DNA of 64,000 bases. It comes from Ruditapes philippinarum (Eukaryota). The notes under the pieces are model-generated. The model saw nothing but the letters and a program-made list of their open reading frames with translations. It was not told the origin of the DNA and did no database searches. Below, piece after piece: positions 23,901 through 38,150 of this stretch; position 1 is the stretch's first letter; every line of letters starts with the position of its first letter. Made by a program: the position numbers and the translations under genes. The stretch covers positions 62,001 through 126,000 of the forward strand of contig NW_026865856.1 of NCBI RefSeq assembly GCF_026571515.1. Direction: 5' to 3'.

Positions 23901-26900
23901 TTTTTGATCGAGTGATTAACTGCACAATCTCATGTTGTATGAAATAACTATACAATATTATTATGATAACATTTTTGAGATAGCCATTTTTCCTTCCAGG
24001 TAATTTGGGCATTTTTAGATTCCAAGTCCGGTGGTGAAATTATTACCACTGATGAAAACATATTTGTTGAAAACAAAGTTTGTAAAGAGGGCTCAAAGAA
24101 GTACGGTATAGTAAAGCGTGAATTCAAGAAGCGTATAACGTACATGTTGGTGATTAACTGTTTAGAAGTCGTGGATTATGGTTACTATAAATGTTATATT
24201 CAAATCAGAGGCTCGGCATCATGGCCTTCAAAAATAGGGCATCTTATTGTCCAAGGTAAATGTAAATTATATGTAAATTATTCATCATTTAGATCTTTAT
24301 GTAGAAGTTGTACATCAATTTATCTGGTATTAAGATATAAATGTACAGAATAGATCTTTGTGTAGAAATTGTGCATATAGTTGTCAACTTGACTGGCTTA
24401 GATATAAATGAATAAATTGTCTTTGACCTCTTCTTAATTACTAGACTAGTCTGTAATAATATTGCAAATATTGACAAATTAATCTACATATAATTGCATA
24501 TGTTGACTAATTGAATTAATTGTTCATTTAAATAAAACAATAATGTTAATTAAGTTATGTGTTTTAATATTAATTCATGTAGTTATTAATTGGTTTGGTT
24601 GAAGTATGTCAGTACCTTATTATATATGATGCTGCAGGTGCTTTAAATCAGTATACATGTATATATAAATGAAATGTTAATTTGAGTTAAATCTGCCACT
24701 CTTGTTTATTGTGATATTAATATTTCTTAACTAATTTTATCATATTTAAGTTCCGCCAACTATTACCAGCAAGAACGTGGCAGTGTTACAGCTGGACGTG
24801 GGTCACTCTCACAACCTTGAATGTTCTGCGACAGGCGTACCCGCTCCAAATATAACGTGGATCCGGTCAGACGGAGGACTTCTTCCTGGATTAGATGCCG
24901 CTCAACTAAGGGTAGGTTCACTTGATTGACATGATACTTGTTGAATTATTTGATTTTGTTTGTAAAAATTATTAATTATTATAAGATTTCATATAGATCG
25001 ATTTTTATTGACCTTATTGATTGCCTCATAATTTTGAGATATAGACACACATTTCATAATTTATCACTGTTGATAATTTTTACCACCTATAACATTCAGT
25101 CAAATTTTTATATATAGTATAACATACTAGTATAGTAGAAACAAAATGTTCTCAGTAAATGATTGTCCATATTCTCCTGTGTAATATATCACTTGATAGA
25201 TCTTGTCTAACAGTTCAAGGGTCTGACTTTGGCTTACTTGCTCATTTTATCTTGCGCATTTCTTAAATTGTCCATACGATATTTATATAGTAAATTATCG
25301 ACAATTTCCGCTTGCCCATACAGGTTGTGGGGCAACCTGGGTAATACTGAGGATTAATTTTGCTGTCCCCGACAGTTCAAGAATTAAATGTAATGGTAAT
25401 TTTAAATTGAGGTAAACATTATTATATAGATATAGGATAATATTAAGGAAGAAACATGTATAATTTTAATCTTCCCTTTCTTTTAACACTTATAGTCTTA
25501 TATCAATATAATATTTGCTTTTTGGCATGATTTATCTATTTTTGGTATGCAATTATTTCAGAACACCACATTACCTTTAAAGAATGTAACAAAGGAAGAC
25601 CGAGGGCTGTATAAATGTATTGCAGATAACCAGGTCAGGCCGCCAGATGTATATCTTGTCTCACTAAGCGTCTTCTTCAAACCTGAGACACTTGCTGTGC
25701 AAGATACTGTCGGGCAAGCTCAAAATAGACAGTTTGATGCTAAGCTAGAGTGTCGAGTATCAGGTAAATATTTAAAATAGTTTGCTTATTTCAGTACCTG
25801 TCCGTATCATTTCTTTCTGATATTTTTATATTAAATACATACCTATCATGTTTTTCAATTTTTTAGCAGTGCTTCCCTTGTTTTCTTTACAAGTATCTGA
25901 CAAATTCTCCATTTTAATCAACAGAGGATGATTAATCGTGGTGTAACAGTATTGTCTTCAACTAAATTGTCACAGATATACAAGAAATATTAATGCAAGA
26001 TATAGTTTTTTATGTTTCTCTGAAGGACAGCTTTGTATTTATAGGGGTTACATTCAACAATGTTTTTGAGAAAATTCTGGAAACAAAGTGAAACATTAAT
26101 CACAACAAAATAACATAAGAATTGCAGACTCGGTTTGATTGAGTCTGTACATGAGGGATAGTGAATAAGTGCAACATCACTCACGCCCCCTAGCACCGGC
26201 TTGAGCGGTACTCAATTCTCAACACTTTATAGTGAAGAATTTAATATAAAGAGGTTATATTGTTCTATACTAACAGGTTATCCTGAGCCGGAAGTGGTGT
26301 GGTACAAAGAGCCGACCAGAAGTGAAGGAAACACGCAATTAATACAGCTAAATGACAATGAGAAATATGAAATAACAAAACTCATTGCCACAACGACATT
26401 ACGTTTCCAAGAAGCCTGGTATGTGCTCCGAATTAAAAACGTGGAAGCAAACGATTACACCAAATATTACTGTGTGGCAAGAAACAGAATTGGAGAAAAC
26501 AGACACACAATTATTGAGCTTTTTGGTAAATTTATAAATTGTGCTTCTTAAGTTTTCTTATTATTGTTTTCTTGTGTATGTTATAGGCTATGGATAAATT
26601 TTGGTTAATTTCTTAAACATACAAATGTTTATTGTCTGTAACAAGTGTTAACTGTCTGTACCGATTGTTTACTGTCTGTAAAACTTGTCTCTGTCACAGG
26701 CTTTGAGCCTGACCAGCATGCAATAATAGCATATCCATTTACTGCGTATCAGGCTCTATACAGTTGACTGTCTCATTTTTGGTTTTGAAATCCTGCATAT
26801 TCAAAACTTGACAAATTTAAATTTGAACTAGTCTTTCACACAGATAAATCATGGCAAGGACTATTGCCTGAAATATGTTTTGTCTATAAAAAGAATCAAG

Positions 26901-27370
26901 GATGAAAATGATGTGTGCCAAGGTATATATTGCATATACATGTATACTTAAATGACAAAAACGTGCAAGAACAAGAAAAATAATATTAAAAAAATAACCG
27001 ACATTAACTGATTTTTGTCATTTTAATATAATGCTGACCAGTTTCTCTTCTCTATCATCAGGGCAAAATATATATTATATAAAGTTCCTTCAGACTTTGA
27101 AAATCATTAATTATGAATGTCTTTACGTCCAGTAAGCTTTCATTTTACTACATGTATCACATCAGAGTTCAGCAGTGTAAATAGTTTGGATTGGATATTG
27201 AAAAAAATCTAGTTTAACTTTATTTCATTTTTTTGTTCACTTTTATTTCAGAAACAATGGAGTGTCAAGGGGCCAATTGTCCATCTTTCGAAGCCCAAGG
27301 TGCCTCAGCAATCTCTGTATCATTGTTGGCAACAGTTGCTATGGTTACACTCGCAAAACTTATGTTGTAG
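20991..27370 (+). CDS. Lachesin/IgLON-like GPI-anchored 3-Ig cell adhesion protein, gene A copy A2 (intact, 7 exons, 385 aa)
   Basis: Exons 20991-21048, 23337-23449, 24000-24255, 24751-24911, 25562-25763, 26277-26525, 27252-27370; all GT-AG with compatible phases, 1158 nt open frame. Signal peptide MFKSCWIIAAVVAVHLIGTVKC; Ig motifs LNCTV..VIW..DYGYYKC, LECSATGVPAPNITW..DRGLYKCIADN, LECRVSGYPEPEVVWYK..DYTKYYCVARN; lachesin-like LFETMECQGANCP then a hydrophobic C-terminal GPI signal. Confidence 0.92.
21155..22138 (+). mobile_element. Non-autonomous Helentron/HINE (pearl-like) element with ~5 tandem 166-167 bp repeats, in A2 intron 1
   Basis: Starts TTTATGCCCC, GTCC microsatellite, units begin at 21219, 21386, 21552, 21719, 21886; ends GGGGGCAT + hairpin GTGTCC-TAT-GGACAC + CTAGT in a T-run; empty site in A3 (~32675) and A4. 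Confidence 0.85.
22411..23159. mobile_element. MITE with reiterated GTCAACTCGGCCC subterminal motifs in A2 intron 1
   Basis: Three GTCAACTCGGC-type motifs at the left, inverted GGGCCGAG(TTGAC) motifs at the right; candidate 9-bp duplication ataagttgg / attagttgg. Confidence 0.6.
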
Positions 27371-30300
27371 CTGTGATCTGATTGGCTCTTAATTACATAT
27401 TTTTGTTAGTAACACATGATTTGAAAATGTATTTAGAAAATATTAACTAAATGTGAAAACTTATAAAAAATGGATCATCTATCAATATTAAGAATTAAAA
27501 ATGCTTTTATCCAGTAATAAAGATAATGAATGGTTGAGGAAAGGAATGAAATTTTAGTGAAAAGAAGCTTATAACATAATTTTTTTTTGTATTTATGCAT
27601 CATGTAAGACGTATAATCAATATAAGATTATATTTTGTTTGCAATATTTGAAATGTAAGCAGCAAAATATGTTTGACATGTTAGAATCTGTTTCATGGAA
27701 TTAAGTAATGAATTATACGTTCGACTCAAAAATTTATTTCTTTTAAATGTTATAGATAGATCATGGTACTCGTACATTTTTGTTAATTTTATAGCATTTT
27801 TAGTTTGCAATCAATAGCTATTTCTGCAGAAAATACATGATATAGTGATAATATCCAAATAGAAAGAAATGAACATTTCTGATGTATCAAAATAGAAAGA
27901 TTGAAGAAAAAAATTCCTGATTTTTTAAAATTCTTTAGTGATATCCATTTTTGTACATATGTGTATATTATTAATTGTAGAAACATGTATACAAAGTTAC
28001 ATATCATATCGATTTTATAAACATTATATTTTTATATTTTTTAATTCATCTTCATTTGTATAATAAGTCAAAATTTCATATTTTCTCATCCATTCATTCA
28101 TGTATACATTCAAGTATGAATTAATCCATTAAAACAGATTTTCAGTTAGAAGTTCAATACACAAGAAATATCATAGATTCTTACAAGAAATGTTTGGGAA
28201 AAGATTTTTTGACCCATTTATGATAACTTTAAATTAAAAAGACTCAAATTTTTAGGAAATTTTTTAAGAAATTGAATAATGTTGATAAGGCGTTTTGGTT
28301 AATAAATAAATTATTTTTATTATTTGATTTATTCTCAACTTTCAACATTTTTTTTCCTAGGAATATCACATTACACACAATATATAATATTTATTTATTT
28401 TATATAATACATTTTCTAACATTCCAATAGAAAGATTTATAATTTTATTTGTCATTACAATCCTATGTAAAGTTAGAGTTCACTTTTCTTTTAATTGATT
28501 TGTGCATATAACTTGCTTTCCATAGTTCATTTGTGCCATATGAACTTTCAGGAGTATATTGTCATGGTCAAATATCATAGCTGTAGCTATAAATACAAAT
28601 AAGTCACTGGGTAAAAATCTAGGCCAACTATAAACAATGGTTGTTTTTATACAAAAAGGTAGGTCATCAAGTCAAAATCTAGGTAAATGAAACTATTTTT
28701 ATAGCTGTGTACCTGTTTACGAAAATTAAAATTTTAGCTCAAAATGCAAACAAGAAATGTCGAACGACACATATGCCCCCCTTTCTAGCCCTTGACTCAT
28801 ATTATTGGTAATTTTGTTATAGAAACTTGCCAAAAACGTGTACATGGAAGTGTTCAGTTATGGAAAAAAATGACCTATTTGTTATAACCAATTAATATGT
28901 GAAATTTATTAAGACCTTTGATATAAAGTTTTCACGGTAATAAGTGGAAATCATTCATACATTCAAGGCCGCTCTGACCTTGACATTTGAATTAGTGATC
29001 CCATTATCAATAGGGATTATCTACTACATATGGCCTTTCAATATGTGAAATATGAAGACTTTGTGATAAATAATTTTCAAGAGAATGAGCCGAAACCATT
29101 CTGTCTTTTAAGGCGCACCTATGACATAGACCTTTGACAAAGGGATCTCAAAAGGGGTTATCTACAATTTATGACCAATCAATATGTGAAATATGAAGAG
29201 TTTGTAATAAATAGTTTTCAAAAAAAAATAAGCAGAAACCATTGTGACATTAAGGCCCCTGTGACTTTGACCTTTGGACTAGCAATCCCAAAATCAATTG
29301 GGGTCATTTACTAGTTATGATCAATCTCTATGTGAAATATGAAGACTTTGTGATATAAAGCTTTCAAGATAATGAGCAGAAACCATACTTACAACAAGGC
29401 CCCTGTGACCTTAAACCTTGTGACCCCAAGATCATTAGGGGTTATCTACTATATATGACCAAATACTATGTAAAATATGAAGTTTGTAATAGTTTTCAAG
29501 ACAATAAGCGGAAGCCATTATGACATTTAAGGCCCCTATTACCTTGCCCTTTGAACTAGTAACCCCTAAATCGAAAGGGGTCATCTTCTAGTAATGGCCA
29601 ATTACTATGTGAAATATGAAAACTTTGTGATAAACACTTTTCAAGATAATAGGCAGAAACAGTCCTAACATTTGGCCCCTGTGACATTGAAATTTGACCT
29701 AGTGACCCCAAAATCAATAGGGGCTTTATGAAGATAAAAAACAACATATTTTTGTATTTTTATCTGGGATTTTTTCTCTGTGTATTCTTGACCTTGGGTG
29801 CAGGGACCTGAATTCAATGCGCAACATTCAGCCTCACAATGATGAAAATGTGTGCCAAGTTATATTAAAATCTTTCAATTCATATAGAAATATTACTCTG
29901 GACAAGCATTTTTAAAGAGATTCAAGTGTGACCTTTGACCTAGAGACCTTGTTAATGTGTGCGACACGGCTTCTCATAGTGGTGAACATTTCTATGAAGT
30001 TTCATTAAGATCCCTCTGTGTGTGTACGAAAACTGATATGCTCTGCACAATTTTGCATGTTGCCTGCCCGCCAGGGGCATTCCGATAATATATCTCATTT
30101 GAACTTTCAAACGGGCATATGAAAAAGGTCACTGGGTCATGTTGGAACTTATTTGTCCCCAATTGCTATAATTTGAACAAACTTGGAAGAAGTCAACTAA
30201 ACGATGTTTCTTGCCAAATATTTAAGCTATAGCTAAGATGATGACAGAAAATAGACACAACCTTTTTACAATAACGCAAAATCAGCATGTTGTGCTCAGG

Positions 30301-32516
30301 TGAGCTAAACTAAAATAACATAGTTACGGTTCTTTAACATTGAACCTCCTGTCACAAGTCTATCATGAAGTTTTAATGAGTTATAATTAGCTCAGACAAG
30401 AATAATTGACTGAAGGGAGATAATTCAAAAATAAAATAAGGCAGACTTCTGGTTATTTAACTCTTTTGTCTTTATCACTGTGTGACAACTTTATCAAGTA
30501 CATTCAATACTTCTGTTATTCTCCAGAAAGGAATGCTATTGGATGGACAGAGGGACAGACAATGTGATGAAAATGTATGCCCTCCCTTTGGGGAGCAAAA
30601 ACATGCGCAATAAGTTGAATATCTGCAAACCCACTTCAATCCAGTAAGATATCACAAACTGTTGAACAGACTTCATTCTTTACACTGCAAACTAAAATAC
30701 AGGGCTTCCATAAGTGGAAGTTTGGGAGTCATTTTCTCCTGATTTCGGCTTGCGACTTCCAAAATCTAATGTTTTCCCTTTCTTACCAAATTAATGTGAC
30801 TTCAACACGGCCGTGTCACACTTTCAGTTTAGGACTTCCAAATGGAAACCTTGATAATAAGTTATCACATCATAAATTATAATTTGAGATATTTGTGTGA
30901 GAGAAAACAACATAAACAATAATTGACAGATCTGTACAATATTTTTTTTATTTATTTCTATTATGTACATATCATTTAAATATTTATAAATCATGTCTAT
31001 CAGTAAAGCACAATTTTTTTATCATCACCCTCATTCAATATGTAAACAAATGTTAAATACCAAATCTCAGTCCAGTATTCCATCAACAATTAAATTGAAT
31101 AAACCTTATACATTTTACATGTACCATAACATAGTAGTTTTACACTTAAAACATATTCCTATTCAGAAAGTTACCATTTTCATTTACGTTATTTGGCAAC
31201 TTTTTCAACAATGAAGCTATGTACTATATTGCTGTGTGAAATTCTTTATGTTGAGTCAAATATGAAAACAATTGATCTAAAGTATATTGATCGGGTCAAA
31301 TACAATGGAGATAGTTTCAAACAAGTTTTAGAGTGTATTTGTCGCCTTTAAATTGCTCAATTGAATGAAATATGCTGTATGACCCTGGTCTCAAATTTTT
31401 TACTTACAGGGAATAAAAAAAATCTTGTCACAAAAGTTTCACTGTTTTGCTAGGCCATTAAAAATCTCCACAATTTAGTAAAGTATTTTGTTTTTGATAG
31501 CTATTCAAGTTCATAGCAAGAGATCACTAGTACAGCAGTTAATAAAGAAACAGTTTGCCCCCCAAAAAATTAATTGACAATCTATCTGATTCTGTATATT
31601 TTGAATATCAAATTCAAGGGACACAACTCGAGGACAATGGAGAAATATCAAGAAAGTCAACAATAAATTCTTTTGAAAACTTAAGTCTGATTATGACCAA
31701 CTCTTGATGTTTCTCATCAACATACAAGTAAAAGTGACATTATGCTCATTTTTTCATTGTCAATGTGATCTGAATTAACTAAATATTTCAAAAGATTGCC
31801 TGTTATAATGGTGATTGACCAACAGTTGATTTTTTAACATAGTGTTTAGGATAAACTATAACTCTGCCTATTTTATAAGAAGACTGTCCCATTCTTTTAA
31901 TAAATTGAATGCTACAGGTAAATTCTGATGGATATTTACAGAAGTTTTCTTGGACCACATGAGTTATTTGTTATTCATGCAGAGATAATTATAAATTGAA
32001 AGGAATTGTGTCAAAATATTAACTATACACCCTTGCATATATATAATGTCACTTTAGAAATGTTAAATTATCGACAGTCAATAAACAACGAATGGTTCCA
32101 TAAACAAGAAAATTATTCAGAGTTGATGCAGTTTAAATATAACCTAACAAATGTATAAATATATCAAATATAATATATGACAACCTAAATATCAATGCTC
32201 CACTGAACCGTTCCTTAACAGAAACATAAAATCATTTCAAAAGAACATACATTAATTAACATTTTTTGCCACATGTCATGTATGGGAATATGGAGGGTCT
32301 TTTGTAATAGAGACAAAATATAAATGTGGAACATTGATTATCCAGAACGATTATGTTTTTGACAATTTGGTACCTGAAGTCACGTGATACAGGTGACACA
32401 AACAAGTTGAATATTCCGGAAATGAATTCCAACAATAAATAGTTTAATATTTCGATACTTTTAAAGTATTTGTTTTAAGTTACAACGTAATCAACCGCTG
32501 CTGGTCAACCAAGAAC

Positions 32517-33292
32517 ATGTTTAAAAGTTGCTGGATCATTGCTGCTGTTGTCGCAGTTCACCTGTTCGGCACAGGTATTTTCCTTGTGAAATCAAAATGG
32601 CGATCATGACATAAAAATGTAACCCACAAACAGAATAAGCGACTGATGCCAGTAATTGAAAACTTTGACAGCTCTCTTTCTTTTTTGTTATATAATGAAA
32701 ACGTTCTTGGAAAACTTAGTGGAAAACAATTTAGATAAACTTTTATTAACTTCTGAAAAAAAACCTTTTACAAATGAAGAAAATATGAAGCTGATTATTT
32801 ACATAAATTGCTAATACAAATTAACTTAAATGTACTGAATGGGGATCAAGACACTTCACTACCTAGACTTGCCAAATCTAGATATTCTGAGACATTTTTT
32901 TTTTCTGGATCAGAAGCTGGCTACATAATATAGGTATTGCAGCCGAAATATTGAGACTATTCAATCGAGCCTAGAGACACTTCACCCCGCAAATTTTGAA
33001 AACAATTCACACATCAACAGACACTTCAGCCCCAACATTCATAACACACTTTACCCATCATATGTTGTTTTTTCTAGAGTAAATATTGAACATAAATCAA
33101 CCTTTCATTATTTCTTTTTTTTTTTCCTTTTAATAATTTCTAATAAAATGTGTACCAATTTTATTATTTTGTTTTACAGTAAAATGTCAGCTGGACCCAG
33201 AGATTGTAGATGAGATTATACCAGAAGTGACATCACAGGGCGGACAGGCAAAACTTAACTGTACTGTGGTAAATAAGCAGGATGCTCATACT
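32517..33292 (+). pseudogene. Truncated gene A copy A3 (promoter, exon 1, exon 2, part of intron 2)
   Basis: Exon 1 32517-32574 (MFKSCWIIAAVVAVHLFGT) and exon 2 33180-33292 are open with intact splice sites; homology to A stops at ~33780 and no exons 3-7 follow on this strand. Confidence 0.85.
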
Positions 33293-34736
33293 GTATGTAT
33301 AAATAATCATTACTCATCAATACTCAGAGTCAAACAGTCTAATAAACTCTCTTAATGTGAATATTTACAATAAGAATACATTCAAAACATTGCCTCAGAG
33401 TAGATATGAACTGCGTAAATTACAAAGGAATATTTGAATGAAAAGGTATGAGTTATCTGTCTTGATTTGCGATCATAATTATATGTTGATCACTGTATTC
33501 TAGAATATGTTAATGATATACATTTGTATAGTTTACATTCATGTTACATGTATTTTATATGTATTTAGAACCCAACTCTTGTGCACTGTCCACTAAATTA
33601 GTTATTAATTGAAATAATGTATAGATTAATATATGTTTAGATGTATGAAATGCTCGTGTTATTTTTACATAATACTTTGATTACATGTATTAACTATTGT
33701 TTTGTAAATTAAGTATATGTTCGTCACTTCCATTGCTTTTTGCCATTTGCGGCATTTGTGATCAAGTGATAAACTGCAAGACCTCTACAATTCAAAGATA
33801 GGATATTTAGGCTACTTGAATTCATCTAAAACGTATATTTGAAAAAGAAAAAATACATGTTTCAAGGAAGGTAATGTGAAAAAACACAAACAAATAAATA
33901 AATCATTCATGCATACATAAACAGATGCATACAAACATACATATATACAAAATAAACACAGAAAGAACAATTGTTCCCAGTATAAAACTTGAGAAAAATA
34001 GATAAATCACTTATACATTGGATATATTTTTTATTTTGTTTAAATGCAAAAATGTGAGAGTAAAATGAATCCATATGGCTGGACTATTCTTCGTTTTCTT
34101 TTGTGTATAAACAAGCGCTTGAAAGACACTGTCTTCTTTTAACCAGAATAATTTAGTTTATAGCTTAAATTTAAAAAAAAAATGAAAAATCGAGCTAAAC
34201 TTAAGATAAAAGCGTCTTATATTTTCTTAGAAGCTTACATCTATTTCTTAGAAAAATAAAAAATAAAAAGAACAATGGTAGACGAATTACTGGGAATAAA
34301 AAAACACACACAGAAAAATACAATTTGATCTGTTGTACTTTAACACAAGAAAGTTTCATTGTGGAAAAAAAAGAGAACAGTTCCCCCAAACCACTAGATA
34401 TTAATTTTGGACATCATATGTATTTAAGCATACATTAAATGCTAAGTGGTGATTCCTGCAAGGCATAATATGCACTATTATAAAAACTGACTTCTAAGTA
34501 TTTATTCATTTATTATGTACTGCATGAATAGAGTGAAGGAGAAAAACAAAAACAAAACTTTTTAAAGCACAATGAATAGTATATCATTAAATTAAAGTTA
34601 TATTGAAATGGACATCAAAGTAATGTCTTTGCGAAAAAGCGAAAAACAAAACGAAACAGAAAAGATCATTACAGAGAGATTGTAAAAAAAACAAACGTGT
34701 TTATACATACGGATAAAAATTCTACCTTTGTGATTA

Positions 34737-35050
34737 CACTGCGAAAAATATACTGATATACGGGAATATACGGTCCCGTATTTTTGACAAATACGGGCGT
34801 GTACGGGATGTATTTGTCGAATATACGGACCAAATATACGAGTCCGTATAGGGAACATCGGGTATAAGGGAAGTCCGTATATGCATCAGGCGTATACGGA
34901 ATTCCGTATTTGCCCCATATACATGTACGTTTTATTTGTTCGTACTTTTGAAGTATACGGAGAATAAAATTCCGTATACAGAATTTATCAAGGTTGTTAT
35001 CCCTAGTATACTATAAATATACCAGGGATATACGGGACCGTATTTTCTAC
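34737..35050. repeat. TATACGG/CCGTAT motif-rich segment, probable MITE end
   Basis: More than 10 dispersed ATACGG/CCGTAT motifs in both orientations after CACTGCG; no matching other terminus found. Confidence 0.5.
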
Positions 35051-35059
35051 ATATACAGA

Positions 35060-36460
35060 GAATTATTTTATTGATATTATTGCTATTTTTATTAATATAT
35101 AAAATTTTCACGTTGACTTAAGTCATATTATAGATTTAAACTATAGCGAATGAATAGAAAATATCCGAAAGGTTATTCAAAATTGGAAAAGAAGAATTCT
35201 CACACCAATATGTAAAATTGATGTTATTGAATCTCTTTTGATTTCATCTCTAAATCATTTATTCATTTCACTACCAAACCCTTCTGGAGATGTAATCAGT
35301 GTATCTAATAAAATGTTTTATGACTTTATTTGGCAAGGAAATGTAAAAAATAAGTCTATGCTGAGGGCTGCTTGCAAATGATAAATATTTCTGCCGTTAT
35401 AATGGCATTAGAATAACATGGTTTAAAGAACAATCTCAAATGCTAGTTGGAAAAGTATTCTTTACGACAAAATAGATATGCAAAAGTTTTTTCACTGCGG
35501 AAACCATTACTTTGATAAACTTGCAAAAGAAACAATCTTTTTTTGGAAGGACACTTTTACAGCCTTATCACGATATATAGAATTAATTTCCATCGAAAAT
35601 CATTCTTTCGGAAAACATTCTTTATTTTATAACAATAACATATTAATTGGTTCAAAAAGCGTATATTTAAAATCGTGGTTCGATGCAGGTGTTTATAACA
35701 TAGAACACCTAAAAGCACCTGATGGAAAGTTTTTATCTTATAATGAATTTATTAATCGATACAATGTCCTATCTAATATCTTAATTTTCAACGGTATGAT
35801 TTTATCAGTAAAGCAATTTTTAAATAAATATATTATAATTTATAACATTCCACAGAAAAGCATTGGCCCAGACATACTGCTATACATTAAAGATATTATA
35901 TCAGACATAAATGGAGCAAAACTTTTCTATAATATATTAAATAAAAACAAATCAAAGCCCACAAGTATCGAAAAATGGACAAACAACCTTAATTTAGCTT
36001 TTAGTGAAAATGAATGGAAAATTATATTTGAAATGTCTTTTACAATTACAAAATGTGCCAAGTTCCAATGGTTCAAAACAAGAATTTTACACAGGATTAT
36101 TGGAACTAATCATCTTTTATACAAAATTAAGTATAAAGAAAGTCCTTTATGTTCTTTTTGTAATAATGATGTTGAAAGCATTGAGCATCTATTTTGGCTG
36201 TGTCCCATTGTCAAAAAAATTATAAATGAATTTCTTGAAATAAATGAAGCACCTTTTTTATCTTTGGGTATAAAAGAAATGATGTTTGGCTATAATGCAA
36301 AGGATGATCTATCTAACGCAAAAAACTTATTTTTAGTATATTATACTTATTTCTTATTTATTTCTACACTGAAAAGTATTGTTTTGAGTTTAAGTAATTA
36401 AGAAATAATTCAAGCCAAAATAGCATGCATTAAATTTTATATGATGTCGATGCTTTTGAA
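35060..36460 (+). mobile_element. L1/Tx1-like LINE ORF2 3' fragment (zf-RVT region)
   Basis: Decayed frame WKRRILTP..LISSLNHLFISLPNP..FYDFIW upstream of ORF 35478-36401 with FQWFKTRILHRIIGTN..CSFCNNDVESIEHLFWLC. Confidence 0.8.
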
Positions 36461-37880
36461 ACTATTTTTTTAGAATACGGTTATGAGTGCGAGTGTGAAT
36501 GCATGTGTCGTCCTTGTCTCTTTGTGTTTTGTTGTTGTTATTTTTTGTGTGGTGTTTTTTTTCTATTCTTTTTTATTTCTTTTGTTATTGTTGTTTGTCT
36601 TTTCTTTCATTACAATGGTTTCACATCTGGTATACCCGTTCATATGCATGAATATAAATAATCATAAAACCACTGTGGGATGTGCTGCGACCCACAAATG
36701 GTTATGTGACGAAGCGAATAAATGGGGTTACCCCATGTGGGGGCCTGAAAAAAAAATATCTTGAAAGTTTTTATTACAAAGTCTTCATATTTCACATAGT
36801 GATTGGTCATAACTAGTAGATGACCCCCATTGATTTTGGGATTGCTAGTCCAAAGGTCAAGGTCACAGGGGCCTTAAATGTCACAATGGTTTCTGCTTAT
36901 TTTCTTGAAAACTATTTATTACAAACTCTTCATATTTCACATATCGATTGGTCATAACTTGTACATGTCCCCTATTGGGATCACTTTGTCAAAGGTCTAT
37001 GTCATAGGTCCCTTAAATGTCAGAATGGTTTCGGCTCATTCTCTTGAAAATTATTGATCACAAAGACACATATTGAAGTAGATAATCCCTATTATTGGGA
37101 TCACTAGTCTCAATGTCACAGCGGCCTTAAATGTAAGAACGGTTTTCACTTAGTAACGTGAAAACTTTATATCAAAAGGTCTTAATATATTTCGCATATT
37201 AATTGGTTATAACTAGTGCAGCTCATTATTTTTCTTTTTTCCATAACTGAACACTTCCATGTACACGTTTATGGCATGTTTCTATAACAAAATTACCAAT
37301 AATATGAGTCAAGGGCTAGAAAGGGGAGCATATGTGTCGTCCGACATTTGTTTGTATTTTGAGCTATAGCTTTAAAGCAGAACGCCTCCAGATTTATGCT
37401 TATTTTCATGAAAATTTTGATATTGAAATTAAATTAATATTGTATAGTAACCAAGAGATAGCAATTAACACATTATCAATGGCACTTATTACCCACGTTA
37501 ACTACAAAGAAGTCAAAATATGCAAAAAAATGCCCTTACTGCGTTAGCAGTAGAAATATAGTTACACATAATGAAAAATTAACCATCGATTGCTTACAAC
37601 ATGTAAATTGTTATTTGATTTGTTCTACTATTCTTAAAATCTTCCTAAAAGTACATTTTTCACAAGTTTGATTTATTCAAATATTTTCGCTCATCTGGAG
37701 GCATGCTGCTTTAAAATATAGATAAAATTTTAATTTTCGTAAACAGTACACAGCTAATAAACACAGTTTCAGATTTATCTAGATTTTGACTTGGGTAACC
37801 TACCTGTTGTATAAAAACAGTTGCTCTAGATTTTTACCCAATGACTTATTTGTATTTATAGCTACAGCTATGATATTTGA

Positions 37881-38150
37881 GGGGGCGTCCGTGGCCGAGT
37901 GGTTAAGATCGTTGTCTTCAAACCACTAGCTCCTCACTGCTTTGGGTTCGAATCCCGACAGGGACTTTGAATTCTTTCATGTGATGCAGCTATCCAGCTA
38001 CGGAACATCGGTGATTCTACTCAGGTACCCGTTCGAGCCTGAAATAATGCAAAGAAGGGCACCTGAGGTCTTCCTTTACCAGTAAAGCTGGAACGTCGAC
38101 ATATGACCTATACTGTGTCTGTGTGACGTAAAACCCAATAAAACAAACAA
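37881..38150 (+). mobile_element. tRNA-derived SINE, family 1, same insertion site as 3467-3744
   Basis: Same body, same ATATTTGA duplication and same flanks as the 3467 copy, so it was duplicated with the segment. Confidence 0.88.

Noticed and set aside
36483-36764. Hydrophobic 93-aa ORF; similar ORFs at 14682-14876 and 62473-62740
   Set aside because: T-rich low-complexity or microsatellite sequence giving F/L/V-rich translations.
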